DNA from: Phoronis australis
Taxonomy: Eukaryota; Animalia; Phoronida
NCBI GenBank assembly: GCA_002633005.1
Contig: NMRA01000003.1
Coordinates: 905,452 to 969,451 of the forward strand
Reading direction: 5' to 3'
Length of the DNA stretch: 64,000 nt
Made by a program: the position numbers and the translations under genes. Positions 1 to 14,344 of this stretch are shown here, in pieces. How positions within the stretch are numbered: position 1 is the first letter of the stretch; every line of letters begins with the position of its first letter. A model generated the notes under the pieces. The model did not search any database, was not told where the DNA came from, and saw only the letters and a program-made list of their open reading frames with translations.

Positions 1-3000
1 AAGATCAAATACACAGTAAGTGACATTCCAAGGGATGCAGGAAGTCCAAATGATGGATTACCATAGCTATATATACACATAAAGCTTAAGGTGAATGCCA
101 TCTACCTGAGCTAACCAGTCAGGTAAACTATGCCATGTGGTATTGCGTTAGGTAATAGACTGGGGTAGACAGCTGTAAAGTAATGAACTATCCTAGGACA
201 TTTGAGCAGAATATCTTAATTACAGAAAACCTTCTGTAGATATCCAGATGTACCAATTTGGTTTGAATTATTATTCCATCTGAAAGCAATTGGTTAAACA
301 CTAGCTACCAAAGGGAAAGATTTTTAAGAACAGCGTAAACAATTATGGTAGTGGCTTTTCATAAAGTTTTAATGCTTCACACAACAGTGCCTTCAAACTT
401 CAGCTTAACAATCTTCTGGGTAAGAGAAAATTTCAATGCTTGCATCACAAATTCCATAGTTGTTGGACTAGGGCCTGGAGGGGTCACTCATCATATTGAA
501 AAGGTGCCATCAGGCGTGTACCAAACATTGCTGAAAGACCCCCTATTGTGGATGCCAGGTCTAATAATTCCCACCCCCTTTTGTGGATTAGATTTTTCTG
601 TCCCACCCCCACGAAATGGAAATTTAGGTGCCTATTAGACTCCGCGCGGCCCACAAAACTTGCTGAAAAGGTACCGCCTACCCACAATTTTTACTACACG
701 CCTGCAGGCACCTTGTCAATCCAAGTGACCACCTCCTGGACTAAGGTGCAAGCCCCTTGATTCATTCATGATATGTGTGACTGAAAGCATTTTATAATTA
801 GGCGATGAGAAAGCACAATTTGTCTGCATCTCAGCTGGAGAGACCTATCTGTGTGCCATAAGGCATGAGATTTATCTGGCTTTCAAGAATCTATACCCCA
901 CATAACCTAATGAGCCCTGAACAGGAAAACATTGATTACACAATAGTTAGGATTTCTGACAGAGACATGAACATCAATACTTGATGGTGTTTGGTAGATG
1001 ACAGGCACACCAGTTTGTTCTAAAAACACAGAAGGACACTGGTGCCTGTGACTTACAGGAAATGTGAACAATCCATTAATAACCACAAGAACAGTCTACC
1101 ATTCATGGTAGAATGTTCTTAACAATTGAAGGATCCACTTCATAACACTCAATAACCATAAGTAAATCAACAGATAAATCCTCAAATGACAAACCCAGCA
1201 AAAATACAAACTAAATAATATCAGATTAACTGAACTGTTCGTTTTATATTATGTGTGTCACATTTGACAACTTATGTGAAGCCCTAATGATAGTCCCCTC
1301 CAATACCCTCATACTCACCACATTCAATACAGTATCTGTGAACATTCAAACAGGAGCTGATCCATACCAACAACATCGAAGGAGGTATATCAATACAATG
1401 GTCCACAAGAGTACTGAAGTTGACATATGATTCATTCACTCCTATCACAAATTCATAAGTATTTTGAAGCTCACTTGAAAATCGCCTCCAACTAATTACA
1501 AAGTTTCACAGAAACCAAGTGTAGTGACTACCTATTCCCAAAGAAATTATAGACAGTGCTTTTACATAAAATGCCAGCATGCACTAATTACTTACTTCAT
1601 TAAGCAGGCCAGCATGGGCTTGGAACCAGCCTATACCTATTGACTGCAGCTAAATAGTTATGATAACATTCTCAATTCAAATTTCGGTGTCTCTGAGCAC
1701 AGTAATAATTTGTCAAAATCACTGAATAAAGTATGGGCTGGGACTGATTTCACACACAGCGGCAAATGTTAAACTTCAAAAGATTTATGATACTGAAAAT
1801 CATCAAAGACATGCAGGTGCACATGCACCAAGGGCACCTTTGAGCACAAATTAAACATGATGAACATTTTCAACAAAAGACAACCCTACTTTCCATTTCA
1901 GGAAATGGCAACACAACATTTTATTACGGTATTTGACATGGACCATCTTTCGCCTAACAGACCACGTGTTCATCAATTTTTGATTGATTAGGTATTTGAA
2001 GGGAATGTCGGAGACTAGGGTTTCGCAATAAAAAACAAGCATTTTGATCTGAACATCAAGTTATGTTTTCTGTTTACATCATCTCCAGCTTATGTTTCTA
2101 AATGATTATAGCAATGCACTCATCCAGCCCAGCCTGATTAAAGGAATGAGTTCTGCACCCAGTTCACTCTTTACGACTATGGGCAAATACTTAATTTACA
2201 AACAGGAACATCTTTACATAATCAAAGTCTGGTCTAGCCATGATTGGTAGGCACATGGGTTAAACCAGAGTATTAACAATCCAGCAGGAATCTGTTTTGC
2301 AAATAAAAATTGTGGGTGGGCAGGACATCCCCATAAATAATCGCTGATGGTCCTTCACTTTCCAGGGGGATGCCTTTCATCAGAAAAATAAATCTATTCC
2401 CACACTATCACATCTATCTAATTGTGTACACAATAAGCAGTGTTTCAACACAGCAGTTGTTGTCAGTACCCAGCAGGGAACAGCCACAGGGCACCACTAG
2501 GGAGTATATCAACTACATATGGTGTAACAAGGCAACCCATGTTGTGTACTAGAACACTACTATGAATCAATGCACTTGTGCTACTTTTAACCTCAATATT
2601 CTCAGGAGATATCCCTACGTTTCCAATATTGTGGTTGAGTTATTGGTGATACAACTACAGGATGGTGCAAGAAGTTGTGATATTTGTAGTAGCACAAAAA
2701 CTGGTCTTGGAAAGCAGTAGCAGACTTAAGTTAGGGGAGTGTGGCAGGATTCTCACCCTTGGCTGCCAACAAAAGATAAATCGTAAAAATCCCACAAAAA
2801 TAAATTTTGGCGTTTATTGTGTTGTTGTCGCTAATCATGGGGGAGGGTGCATGATATCCTAAATTGAAGGGTGAGTGTACTTGGATACATCCTAAGAAGT
2901 ATGGCCGTGTTTCGACGGGTCATGTGCTCACTATAGCCTTCACTCATTCCAACATTTTTTTACCAGCGAAGGTAAAGAATGCAAATATATGTGCACAAAG

Positions 3001-5319
3001 CCAGAGTACATCTAAGGCAAACTAAACAAAATAAGCTACGATTCTGACATTGTAACAACACGAGACGATTCCTACGCTAACATTTGAGGCTTTGTTACCC
3101 CAATGCCAATGCGATCTTAAGCTAGACAGTGACTAACTCGCCGGTCCTAATCAACTGACAAATTAATGCTCGGGGCTTAGCTGCGATACTGAAGAAAACC
3201 TATTCACCAAATTCTCTTATGATGCAACGCTAATAAAAATTCAAAGACGGCTACTATTCACTTTTCAAATTGAAAAACAGCCATGTTGGTCATTTGCCTT
3301 ACTTATTGTTCATTTTCTGACTTTGAAACTTGTATGCCAAACAGGCATGTTGGTTTATGGCCACAATTATCGCAATCAAAACGCTCAGCCAAGCCCATGA
3401 ATAGCAACTAATGCTCACTTCAATCTGTGACGTGACGGCACCATCAGGCCTTTGATGTGCCCAGGAATACTCTGGGGTAAACAGTGCATGCTTTCTAGTC
3501 CAATTGCATGCAAATTCTGTTAGCGTAAAATTTGCCTAGAATGAATAGGAAACACTGCTCAGATTAATGTGGTCCCCAAACCATAATCCAGCAATGCATA
3601 TACACACAAAAATCTTATGACTGTTGCAACAAGGAGTATTTTCAATGAAGAGTCTGAGGATTATCTGAGACACCAGAAAAATGTCCAAATCTAGCTAACT
3701 TCGGAACATCATATCTAGGATGCCATCTGATCAGATTCAAGTGAAACATTCAGATACTGTGTTTTCTGCACTCTTGTTTTCCAAAATGCTGTGAGGATTT
3801 GTTTTAAAGTGTTCCTCTTGGGCACATGGGGAGCCATCAAAAATTGGACTTTTCAGTATTTTCATGAAAAAAGTGAAGTTGCATAAAACGGGAAAGTGGA
3901 AGAATAATTTAGAAAACTGTTAGTATCTTTGAGATCTAATCTTGAACCTTTACATCAAAAGAAATTTGGTTATGTTATTGAAACAATTGCTTTGCTACAA
4001 ATGTACCTTTCCGGTAAATTTCAATAAAAAGACATGATCAACTGACCCAATCAATGGTTGACTGGTACAAAATAAAAAAATCTTTCTACTTTCAGGAGAC
4101 ATACACTTTTACGCAGTTCAGTTCTATAGCTTTGTAGACATTTGGTTAAATGCATGTGCCCAGACTATATGGTAGTACTGGGTACAAGTCTCCTGATTCA
4201 AAATAACATTGGATGTTAATGTACAATAATGACCTTCCTTACATGTTGGAGCTGGATAAGAAAAGTGCATTATTTCTTGACAATGGAAAGAATAGATGAT
4301 TTACATCTCTAGAAATTGTGAAACTAACACAGTGTGAGGAATAAATGGTGTATTCATAACAGATATATTCTACTTTGGTCTCAACTCCAGACAACAGTGG
4401 TTTCCAAATTCAGATATCAATCTAGTCCACTGTTAAGCATTGGAAGTATTTATGTAAACCAGTTATCTACATTAGTAAATGGTGGGGGATCTTTCCAACC
4501 TAATTTTCATGAGGAATTCAATTTCAGAAGCCAAACTGTTAAAAAATTCATTAACTATCTCTTCGTGGTGAGACTTAACAGTACAGTAGCTACCACCATA
4601 CAATATTTTAAAGACTATGGACATTTTACAATGTTAGAACGCCTAAAATAAATTTAAAAAATTTCGCACAATTGTTTTTTTTTCTTAATTTGATGAGATT
4701 TTACAACATAAATGACTCATCATTGGAAGGTGCTTCACAAAGTAGGAAAAAGATCAAGTGAAATCAGACCTGACATTAAGTTTTTCAACTAGCACGGAAA
4801 ACCACAAACAGTTGGAGTGGCTGGCATAGGTCCCCTATACTAGTTTATTTGTATTTGCATTGCATTAAAGGACAGTTGTTAAGTACAGAAGGAGTTACTT
4901 CCAGACACACAACAAAGTGTGAATTTCTTGGTATAACATGGACTGTGCAGTCTGCCATCTGGACTAACTTAGCAACAACAACACTAATGCAATACATAAA
5001 CTGACTGAGAATTAATTCTGTGGTGAGGGGCAGACCACAGAATGACAACTACAGTTAATTTGAGAATGTAATAAGTAGTAACAGCATGTATTCATCACAG
5101 CAAATCACAGGTCAACAGTAATGACTACTACCATTTGCAACAAGGCAACAGAGGCCTCAGATATATACAGTATATGTGTATAAAAAATAATTGCAGGTTG
5201 TCTGGTACACATTGTACCATGTGCGCATGTTGGCCCATTGTGCTGATCACCTGGAACTATTTTTCTGCTTTATTAATATATGGTTAAAACTAAGTTGAGG
5301 AGCTGGAAACCTGACTCAA

Positions 5320-5400
5320 GGGTTTAGCAGTGTGACACAGTGGGACTACAACCCACGATCTCAGTAAAGAAAGTGGGCACCTCTCTCACTAGGCCACACT
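5320..5400 (-). mobile_element. Degenerate tRNA-derived SINE head
   Basis: The minus strand reads GTGGCCTAGTGAGAGAGG...GAGATCGTGGGTTGTAGTCCCACTG: an A-box-like motif and a degraded B-box at tRNA spacing. There is no complete cloverleaf. Confidence 0.3.
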
Positions 5401-5995
5401 GGCTCCTCTAAGAGGCATCAATAGGTAGGTAGAAAGTTTGTGCTTTTGCTATATGGAAAGCAAAGTTATAAAAGAAATTGATATACTGCAACCCACAAAA
5501 CATACGGAAAGATTCAGGTAATGATACTCAATCTATCAATTGAAACCAGTGGTCAGGCGGAGTGTGATTCACTGGTCTGCATCCTAAATTTTGGAGCAGT
5601 TGTGAAATTGAAAGTTGTATACTGAATTATTACAAAAGAAAGTTTCTATTTTATGTACATAATTACTAACATACTGGGGTCCTTTCATCTTTAAAGTAAA
5701 AGGCAATTATGGTGACAAGGTCACCACAAATTGGTTGAAATGAGACAAAGTGAGCAAAGGGTCAAGTAAACCCGACTGACTGGCTGAGTGTAATAGTTAA
5801 ACAAAATTAACAGTTCAATGATTGAAGGTCAACACTCAGATTAATTGGTTGACAACTTTTCACTGCAAAAATAAATCTACATAGACAGACAACCCATTGA
5901 TGTCTTGACTTGTATGTTAAAATTTAGGTTAATGGTGGCTTAGAACATATGTTACAAATCATACAGGAATACATCGACTTAGGTTTAAAATATTT

Positions 5996-6118
5996 AAATA
6001 TCGGACCCGAGTGACAAATATTGGACCCCAGTGATAAATATTGGACCCCAGTGACAAATATTGGACCCCAGTGACAAATATTGGACCCCAGTGACAAATA
6101 TTGGACCCCAGTGACAAA
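5996..6118. repeat. Minisatellite, 20-bp unit AAATATTGGACCCCAGTGAC x~6
   Basis: Near-perfect tandem copies are directly visible and explain the repetitive spurious ORFs at 5959-6269. Confidence 0.95.
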
Positions 6119-6393
6119 ACATAAAAAGTTTGAATTTTAAGGCCACACAAAATGTTGCTAAGAAACACTCAAAAATGTTAATTTCTACAATATACAGGTG
6201 CATATAAGAGGGAAGGAAAGGTGGGTCCCACTCCTGGTTCCCAGGTTTTTTTTTGCTCTTTTCCCCCAATTCCCAGAGTCAAATTCGTTTCGAACCCAGT
6301 CCCAACAAATCTCCATTCCCAAAACACAGCATTTTTGCCCGTATTTCCTGAATTTAAGCCACAAAAAGGGCCCAGTCATGATTCCCAAAAAAG

Positions 6394-6460
6394 CCCCCTC
6401 ATACAAATACTGACAGACATAAAGTGTCCCCCCTCATACAAATACTGACAGACATAAAGT
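6394..6460. repeat. ~35-bp direct tandem duplication (CCCCCTCATACAAATACTGACAGACATAAAGT x2)
   Basis: Two adjacent copies are visible. Confidence 0.85.
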
Positions 6461-8162
6461 TGAATTGAAATATCTGAATTAAAGTGTGAAATTACTAAAA
6501 ATCCTAGTTTTAAAAATCTTTACTAGCACTACCCCCTGACATAAAAAATATAAATAACAAACAAAAACTGGCAAAACACTGTTGATGTCAGTACCATCCA
6601 ACATCTGAACTTATGTATAAGATAACTTTTGAACATTAATGCAACAAATACCAACAAGTACCAGGATTTTGACACTCAATTTTCCTAGAAGGTTAAGAAC
6701 AGAAAGATTTGCTTTTTTATTGTTTGTCGATAGACCATCCACTTGGAATACTGGGGCCAGAATGTCAGAGATAGGTTATCTTCCCCTGACAAGTAAGAGA
6801 TATAGGTACTCCAAAAATAAACTGCACATGTGGTCATAAACAAGAGAAGATCATTCATTTATCATCAAGCTGTTGTTCAGCATCAGGCTGCCTGGCAAAG
6901 TTAACCTGCCCTGCTGCAGATAACTTTTTGATGTGAAAAAACAAATGCATTGAGACAGTTTTGCAATATGAGCAAAGTGGTAATTCACTTAATTTTAATT
7001 CACATCATTACCAAAATTCTATTTTTTTTCAAAGGCTGGAGACTAACTTGCTGAAAATGATGAAAACATAACCAAATGTTTGTAAAGACCAACTGTACAG
7101 CAAAAGCTGAGCTATCAGAGAGACTGAAATTTTTCTTCGTTATTTTCGTTGAAAATTTGACAAAAAATGTGTGCTTAGGAGAAAAATCGCTTTAGTATTT
7201 TACCATTAATTTCTAGTTGTTCTGTTATACTCATGTATATGTACGGTACCTGAACGTTGTACATTGTTCTATCAGTACAGGAGTAAATGAAATATGATTA
7301 ATCTCTCATTATTACGTTTTTTCCAAATACCAAGTATACAAATACAAATACGAGACCACGGGGAGAGCTCTACCGTACTCGTGCAGGTCAATGCACCTTG
7401 TGCTTAAATTGTGAACTACATATTAAGATTGGTGATAAGCCGAGAACTTACGGTACATTACATTTTAAAAAAAAGGAATTTTTGAGAAATCTGGGTAGGG
7501 ATTCACTCGAATGGTCAGTTTAGCTAAGTGTGCCAGGTTCAAAGGCATGAGTCAAATAAAACATAGTAGAGAATACTGGTAATCTTCCCAGCCAAATAAG
7601 ACAGGGGTTGCTGAATCTCCGACTTTTTGTTTCTCAATGGTAAGCAAGTTTTGTGCATTCACGTGAGACACCATTCAAAGATACAGAGTCTTTCACGTAA
7701 GTGTTTGTGGTATAAAATTGGGGGGTCATTAAGCCGAGCATGGACACTGAAAAGGAAATTAATAGCAGGTGAGGTTAGCACTGATCATAGGTGTTAACTC
7801 AATGTACGTAGTACAGTATGAGAAATAGTTGAGATTGTCATGGAACTGTCTTCATAACAATAGGACACCAAGTTTCTTTTGTACCTATTACACTTAGTTC
7901 ATGACAGGTGTATTTGTTTAATGAGCTACTTATTCTCACCTGTTGGAGAAAATAAGGCCAAACAAGGTAATTTCTTCATTATCTTCTATTATCTGTGTAT
8001 ATAAAGTAACATTTGTTTAACACTCCTAATCACCATTAAAAGACCTGGTGCATAACTAAACCATTTTGAATGGTGGAAAATGTTTCACAGTCCCCAAAAT
8101 CTCACGCTTGGTTTCATATAATCAGTGTGAGATCACTTGAATTATCTAGTCAAAGGCCTTAC

Positions 8163-10768
8163 CTGGAGGGCAATAGCAGTTGTTTGTCCTTCTCTTTTCT
8201 CTCCTTAGAACTGTGCTATGTTGTCTGTTTGTATTTATATTCTGAAATAAAAGTTAAACATCATTGGTCTTGAGTGTTCCTAGAGAAGGCTTTCTTTAAC
8301 TTTTAGTTTTCTCAGTAATGTATGTATCACACAAAAATCCATTAGATAGCTTTACTCATTCACATCTAAAACTACGTTCCAAGGGAATGGCAACCATCCA
8401 TCCTAGACTTCAAAATAACTGGTCCAGACAAACTCGTCCGGCTCATTAACGAGGCAGTAAGTGCTCAGGTGAATTTTGCAATCAAAATCTTCGAAGCATA
8501 GAATCTCCAATCCTTAACAAAAAGTCACATGCTTCAGAATAACTTCTTTAAAGTTTATTAGCAACTAAATTAGTTATTTACAAATGTTTTTCACATGAAG
8601 TAATATTAACACTAGCAGAAATCGATGAATGTATAAAACATATAACTCTCAGTAACTGAGAGGTATTATGAAGTCCAAAATCTTCTCTTCCTGTTTGTTT
8701 AGCAGGGTTGTACACACACAATTATCTGATTTACAACAACCTATTTGTTTATTTCATATTTCAGCAATACCAAATGGCATATTGTTATGCGAACCACGAA
8801 TTACAAGTGGTGCAAATTACCCCAGAACAAGTTACACAAGTGGGGTAAGTTGCGCTAGTTTAATTAAATAGTGTCGCACAGCCTCCAAACCTAGCAACAA
8901 ATGGCACTAAACTGTTGCAATACCAAATCCAATGATTTCAAAATGTTTCATTGGCTTTCACATTTGACACATACACTGTGTGTACACAACAGTATACAAC
9001 AGAGCAAGGAAATGGTGCGTGTGTCCAAACTTGTTGAAGGGTCACTTGTCTTAGTGACAACAAGACTAAACAATTACCACACAATTGGCTAAATTTGTAA
9101 CCTTTTGATAAGTATCAAGCACATATGAAACCAAGGAGCCCAGTAGATTGAAAACATTCAGCAAAGGTCAGAGATGGCCATGAAATACACTTGTGGACGG
9201 AAAAACCTTAAAACAACCAAACATGAGTTTCGTAGTACAAAATCCAGTCACAGAAAACAGTTTCCAGCATTAGTAGTATTTTAGTATACTAAACCGTATG
9301 TAGGCTATCATGCTCTCAGTGAATTTGAAAGTAAATGCCAGGCATTTTGACCTTGGTGTTGAAAACAAAACAATTGCCCTTGAAACTTTACTGTCATCTA
9401 CAAATTGCTGAAGGGAAGAATACAACTGGTGCACTCACTTCTTTTCAAAGGAAAAGTGCTTTTATAGCGGCAGCAGATCAGGAGGCCACGCCCACTCTTC
9501 AGGCAAGACCAAAAATGCCATAGACATGACATTTTTAGAACTTATAGGGAAACATTTGTGGAAATTGTAGTTGAGCCAATTTTAGGACATTCTAGCTCCA
9601 CCAGTGTTAAAAAACTAGCAACAAAAATCCACGACAGCATCCTACACCATAAGACAGAGTTAGTAAATGATTTTACTTGACCATCTTAAATTTAAATAAC
9701 CACATAGACACATCCTTCTTATGTCAGTATTAACAAAACAGGAGCCCATTAGATGACACTATCCCATACTGGTCTTTTCATTCCACATACAAGGCAGTTG
9801 AATCTGTCATATTTGGACAAGAAGTACAACATTTACTCAAGGCAGCCAGTAGGCAGTTACTGAGTTATGAAATGCTCTGTTGTGGCCAACGGGATATTTG
9901 ATTAAAACTTTGTTCAGTGGAAAGGAATTTAACTTCTCATTTTATTGGAGATGGTGAAAGATGGTTTGCATGAGATGGAAAATGTGAAGTGATAACTTGT
10001 AAAACATATCATGTTTAGGTTCTGTGATTATAAAAACAAGAAATTATCAAGAATCTGACTTTAAATCCATAGTTCCGGATTCGAAAGATATTAATTTCAT
10101 ATTTCATTTTCTATCTAGAAAGAGGATTTTCTTTAAAGCTTGAAAAAAATAAAGTTAGATTTTAATACCAACAAGTCAGGAATGCTCAATAGATGTGTGA
10201 ATGAAGCCTAGTCAATCGAGGAAGCCATATTCGCTAATAAAGTGGGACTACAAAAGATTGATTGAATGATCCTGCCACCTCTCTCGCTTGGACAAGTTAA
10301 ATACCGTTATCTAAACACACAATGGCTCCGATCCTCTTACCTATACCCTAAACCACTTGTGCCGAATACGATTTCATGTGTCACTTTTTCTCCGAGCTGC
10401 CATTGAGGCCAGGGATACATAATAGCAGTCAAGACTCCTTAAATGAACGTCAAGGTGATTAAATAGAGCTGAGCATCATAAACAATATGAGGCGTGGCAA
10501 AATAAGGGCTATGTTAGAATTATTTCGAACTTACCTTATCAACATTTGATTCTAACGTTATAAGATCTTTTTCCAACTGAGATTTATGTACACACTTTAA
10601 TTCTAGTAATTCAATGCGGTCTTCTAATTTCTTGATTCGGTCGCTGTGTAAGATATAATTCCATGACGAAAGTCCGAGAGAAATTAACGAGACCGCCAAT
10701 ACTAATAAAATTGTCCAGGAAAATCGTAAAGTGAACAAACTTTGTGGATCTCGCCGCCGTTTTTCCAT
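8163..10768 (-). CDS. 5' exons of a type II transmembrane collagen (MACIT, collagen XIII/XXIII/XXV-like); the gene probably continues left of the window
   Basis: Exon 10768-10535 (MEKRRR..., TM helix WTILLVLAVSLISLGLSSW, coiled coil RIKKLEDRIELLE, donor GTAAGT) is in phase with exon 8241-8163 (tttcag|NINTNRQHSTVLRREKRRTNNCYCPP-G|gtaagg). The second exon has a furin site RxKR followed by CxCPPG, the MACIT NC1/COL1 junction. I recognised no Gly-X-Y exons in 1-8100. Confidence 0.7.
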
Positions 10769-13700
10769 GTTTTATAATGTCTCCAGTCAGTCTTTTCCCT
10801 GTGACTGTAATTCAGAAATCCTCACACTCGTTCCAATAGAAACCAGATTGCAAGACCCATTTGCAAATCACATCCGTAGTGAAACCGGCTGCCAACACGT
10901 TTGCAGACGCACAGGATCTACACGCTTCTGAAAACACTTGGTGTGTACTAAGTTTTGGAAGATTAGCCTCGCAGAGGGCGCGAAATCGCACGCTAATGTC
11001 GAGTCTTGAACCGGACCAATGGGAGATGAGAACAGGCGGGACTGTTCTCCACCCACCGCATATATTTTTCGTATGCCGGTTGCAAACACTTATGTCGTTA
11101 TCAAGGTTAGACGGTTTTCCCGCATGTGCATAACATTTCCAGGTTTTCATCTTAGTCAAAAAATTCATACGTCTATTGTACTCGCGGAAAATTCAAGTCC
11201 ATATCAGGCCAAGACCCATTTTAACCCTTCTTTATAAATGACCCATGTATTACTAGATTCTGCACTTTCTGTATACACACTACTTGAAATTTTAACAGCT
11301 GTTACCCCAAGATTCCGATGACAGTTTGACGCTCTGTCGCAATGTCCATACGGTATTTACTCTGAGTGGAGTCCATTCCCGCTAAATAAAATCAAAGGTT
11401 TGGTCCACAGACTTAATTATTATTCAATAACGGTCTAGGTTATCCAACACACAATCTCTGCACTGTCATCGAATTGAGGAGTTTCAATGCAATCAATATC
11501 CAAGTGGTTGCGTGTAACCAATACGCCACCACACGATACTACTTGTGACCAATAAAGTACTCAAGAAGAGTGGCCTTTTGATTTCTCAAACAGACATTAA
11601 ACGGCTATCAGAGCTAATTTATCCTGGTCATAACTTTTAACGAAAATTATTAGTTTCATTCTTTACACACATGTTGCCTTTACAAAAATTGTGTTTGTAG
11701 TGTGTCTAGAAAAAAGCCATGCCGGAAAATTTCCTTGTTTTTTATGTCTCAGCTTACGTAAGAACACACTGCGTTTTCTTCTACTTAGCGGTACAATAAA
11801 TAAACGAAGCCAATACTCCTGCCAAAATTGTCTAAATCTTTCATTTACAATAATAAAATGTTAATTGCTTTGTCATCGGAATCAAAAAGCACTTCAGAAT
11901 ATTTTAGGGATTCAATCCAAAGTTATTCCTCAGTGAATTCCGACAGCATGACACCGATACAATCATAACTATCATCTTTTAAAAGCAGCTCCATTGCAAA
12001 ACATACCAAGTGCTCTTTCATCACGTAATCAAATGCTGTCAAAATAAGGAAAATTAAAAACTGAATTTACAAAATAATTTTTGAATTTCCGGTGATGTAC
12101 CAACAAAATGGTTGTCACAGCTGAGCTGACTTGGCAATAAAAATACCAATACTTCACAGGCCTGTAACTTACGATGATCTAACGAAACACTTCTCTGATG
12201 TAAGACTTTTTTTCCTTGATTTCAAGCTTGAACATTGATGTTCAAGAATGTGCAGAAGATTTTTTTACCTGGTGGAGACTTTGACCTTGATGTCGCTCAG
12301 TTTGTGCACACTATTAAAACGATTCAATGGTCGCGTGGAGTAAAGCAATGACCGTGATGACGAGTTGAGAATAAACACTTTGCATTCTAATTGACTTTAT
12401 GAAGTGATACTTGAACGAAGGGACATCCTACAGCAATTATTTTTGTATGTGAAAAGTATAGCTGTCTTGTTCAAAACGGCGGCGAAAATTTTACTTTTCT
12501 TGACAAGCGGCTACACTTCTGATGATTTTAGTCTACCTTCGTGTGATGCTCGTCTATAGAGGCCATTAGACGTGACCTATGATTTGCGTATGCAGAAAGC
12601 AACACTATTTTCTTATTGCGAATAGCTGTGCAGGTCTACTCAGAGCGTATGCGATCGTATTCAGGATGCATACCACTTGTGCTGGCCGAATGCCTAGCAG
12701 AACACGTTGGCGTTCGCTCCGAGTGCGTTCAGCGTGTGCGTTGAATCAACGAGTGCAAGTAGAGTCTGCGTACGTACGTGACTCGGCATTCGGGTCGTGC
12801 CGATGGATCAGGGTGTGTGCCTGAAGTTCTGACGTTTGAAAATGTATTTGATTTTCTGATATCACTCTGGCTTCGGTGCCACTACGTAATCTGGTGGGGG
12901 AATCGTGGAGTTTTAGTAGTCATGACAACCAGGGAAAGTGCTAGTTCAACTTTCTATGACGAGGGGGGTGGGGTTGTGAACGGGGTTCGTGTGCCCCTTG
13001 ATCCTAACATTCGTAAGGCCCTGGACCCCCCTATGACTGACACTGAGCCGTAAGGTAATATAGTCGGATATACACCATGGGTCCCCCAGAACTGAATAAC
13101 GTTTGTTATTTAGCGGTAGCGGGTCCTAGCTTTTTGTTCAAATCGATTTTAAATCAGGGATACATCAACGCGCTATCACTGACATCACTGGCTCATTGCC
13201 TATACACTGACATCTTGGTCTGCGGGCGTTAGAACTTTGAATCGCAGAATACACATTTCCATTATGGCGCGACAAAAAGGCGTGATTGTCGGTATATTTT
13301 TAATGCCCCAGTTGACCCGCTGATTTAGGAAACTACATTGTGCTCCTACGACGTGGTTCGTGCTTCCAGAATTATCCCTGAAATTCGGAGAAGAACGACG
13401 CCTGGGCACAGGCTCAGTCACACTGCACCGCAAACAGATGCTTTAGGGATGTTTGTTGGTATCAGGAAGGACAAATTTATAAAACAAAAAGGTGTCTTGA
13501 GGGCGCAACATGAATGAAATCTGTTTGAATCAAGACAAGTCAGGCTTGCGTCTCCTTCACTGAAACTTGTTTGCTATTTTTTTGAAGCACAAGCAGACAC
13601 GCGCTCAGTGGTTAATAGTAGTTGATCCCGTTCGAAAATCTACGTCAGTCGCAATCATCTCAATAGGAACACACGTCATCTCTAAAATTTCATAACTAAA

Positions 13701-14088
13701 TAATCCTTCAAGCGTTTTGACAGATATATATGGAACGCACTTAGTGTCACTTTGTGACTAGTCATTTCTGACGCGTAAAGGGCGCGGTCGGCCAGTGGTC
13801 GAACATGGTCTTCAAAGAACCAATCAATGTTGAGGTTATAAATGTTACTGGTTCACAAAAGTCTTCATCCCTTCCACTAATGTCGCTGTTCAGTCTGTTT
13901 TCACCACTTGGAAGTCTGCAAATTTCACCCAAAGCTTGCTTAAGTTTTTCGTGTCGTGTCATATCCAAAAACTACCCGACACAGTACCACACACCGCAGG
14001 CAGATTGTCATTGTTTCAAATAATATGAATAAAATTTTCCCTTATTGGTTAATGTTAAGTGGGAGGGTAGCTAACAGGCTATCGAATG

Positions 14089-14294
14089 CAGAGGCGGATC
14101 TACGGAGGGGGATTCAGGGGGTTTAAACCGGCCGCCCCCTGGGACAAAAAATAAAAAAACGTCGCCAGGAAAACGAAATCGGCTACAAAAATAAAAATCT
14201 TACACGGGAAGGGGAACCCTCTCCCCCCCGGACGCGCCTCGGATTTGCGCGAATCCTAACTCCCCCCGTTACTGAAAACGTAGATCTGCCAGAG
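14089..14294. mobile_element. Short non-autonomous DNA transposon (MITE) with CAGAGGCGGATCTACG...CGTAGATCTGCC termini
   Basis: Imperfect terminal inverted repeats and a G/C-run-rich interior. The terminus style matches elements at 39215 and 44507/60858. Confidence 0.5.
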
Positions 14295-14344
14295 ATGTCA
14301 GCTCCCGTTGGCGCATAAACTAATATCGGAGAATATGTAATCAC

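Noticed and set aside
5959-6269. Repetitive ORFs and a CRISPR-like periodic pattern
   Set aside because: This is a head-to-tail 20-bp minisatellite with no unique spacers, in eukaryotic context with no cas genes.
1-8100. Short ORFs in the left region; searched for Gly-X-Y collagen exons
   Set aside because: None has recognisable domains or exon-like boundaries. The region is treated as intron with old repeat fragments.
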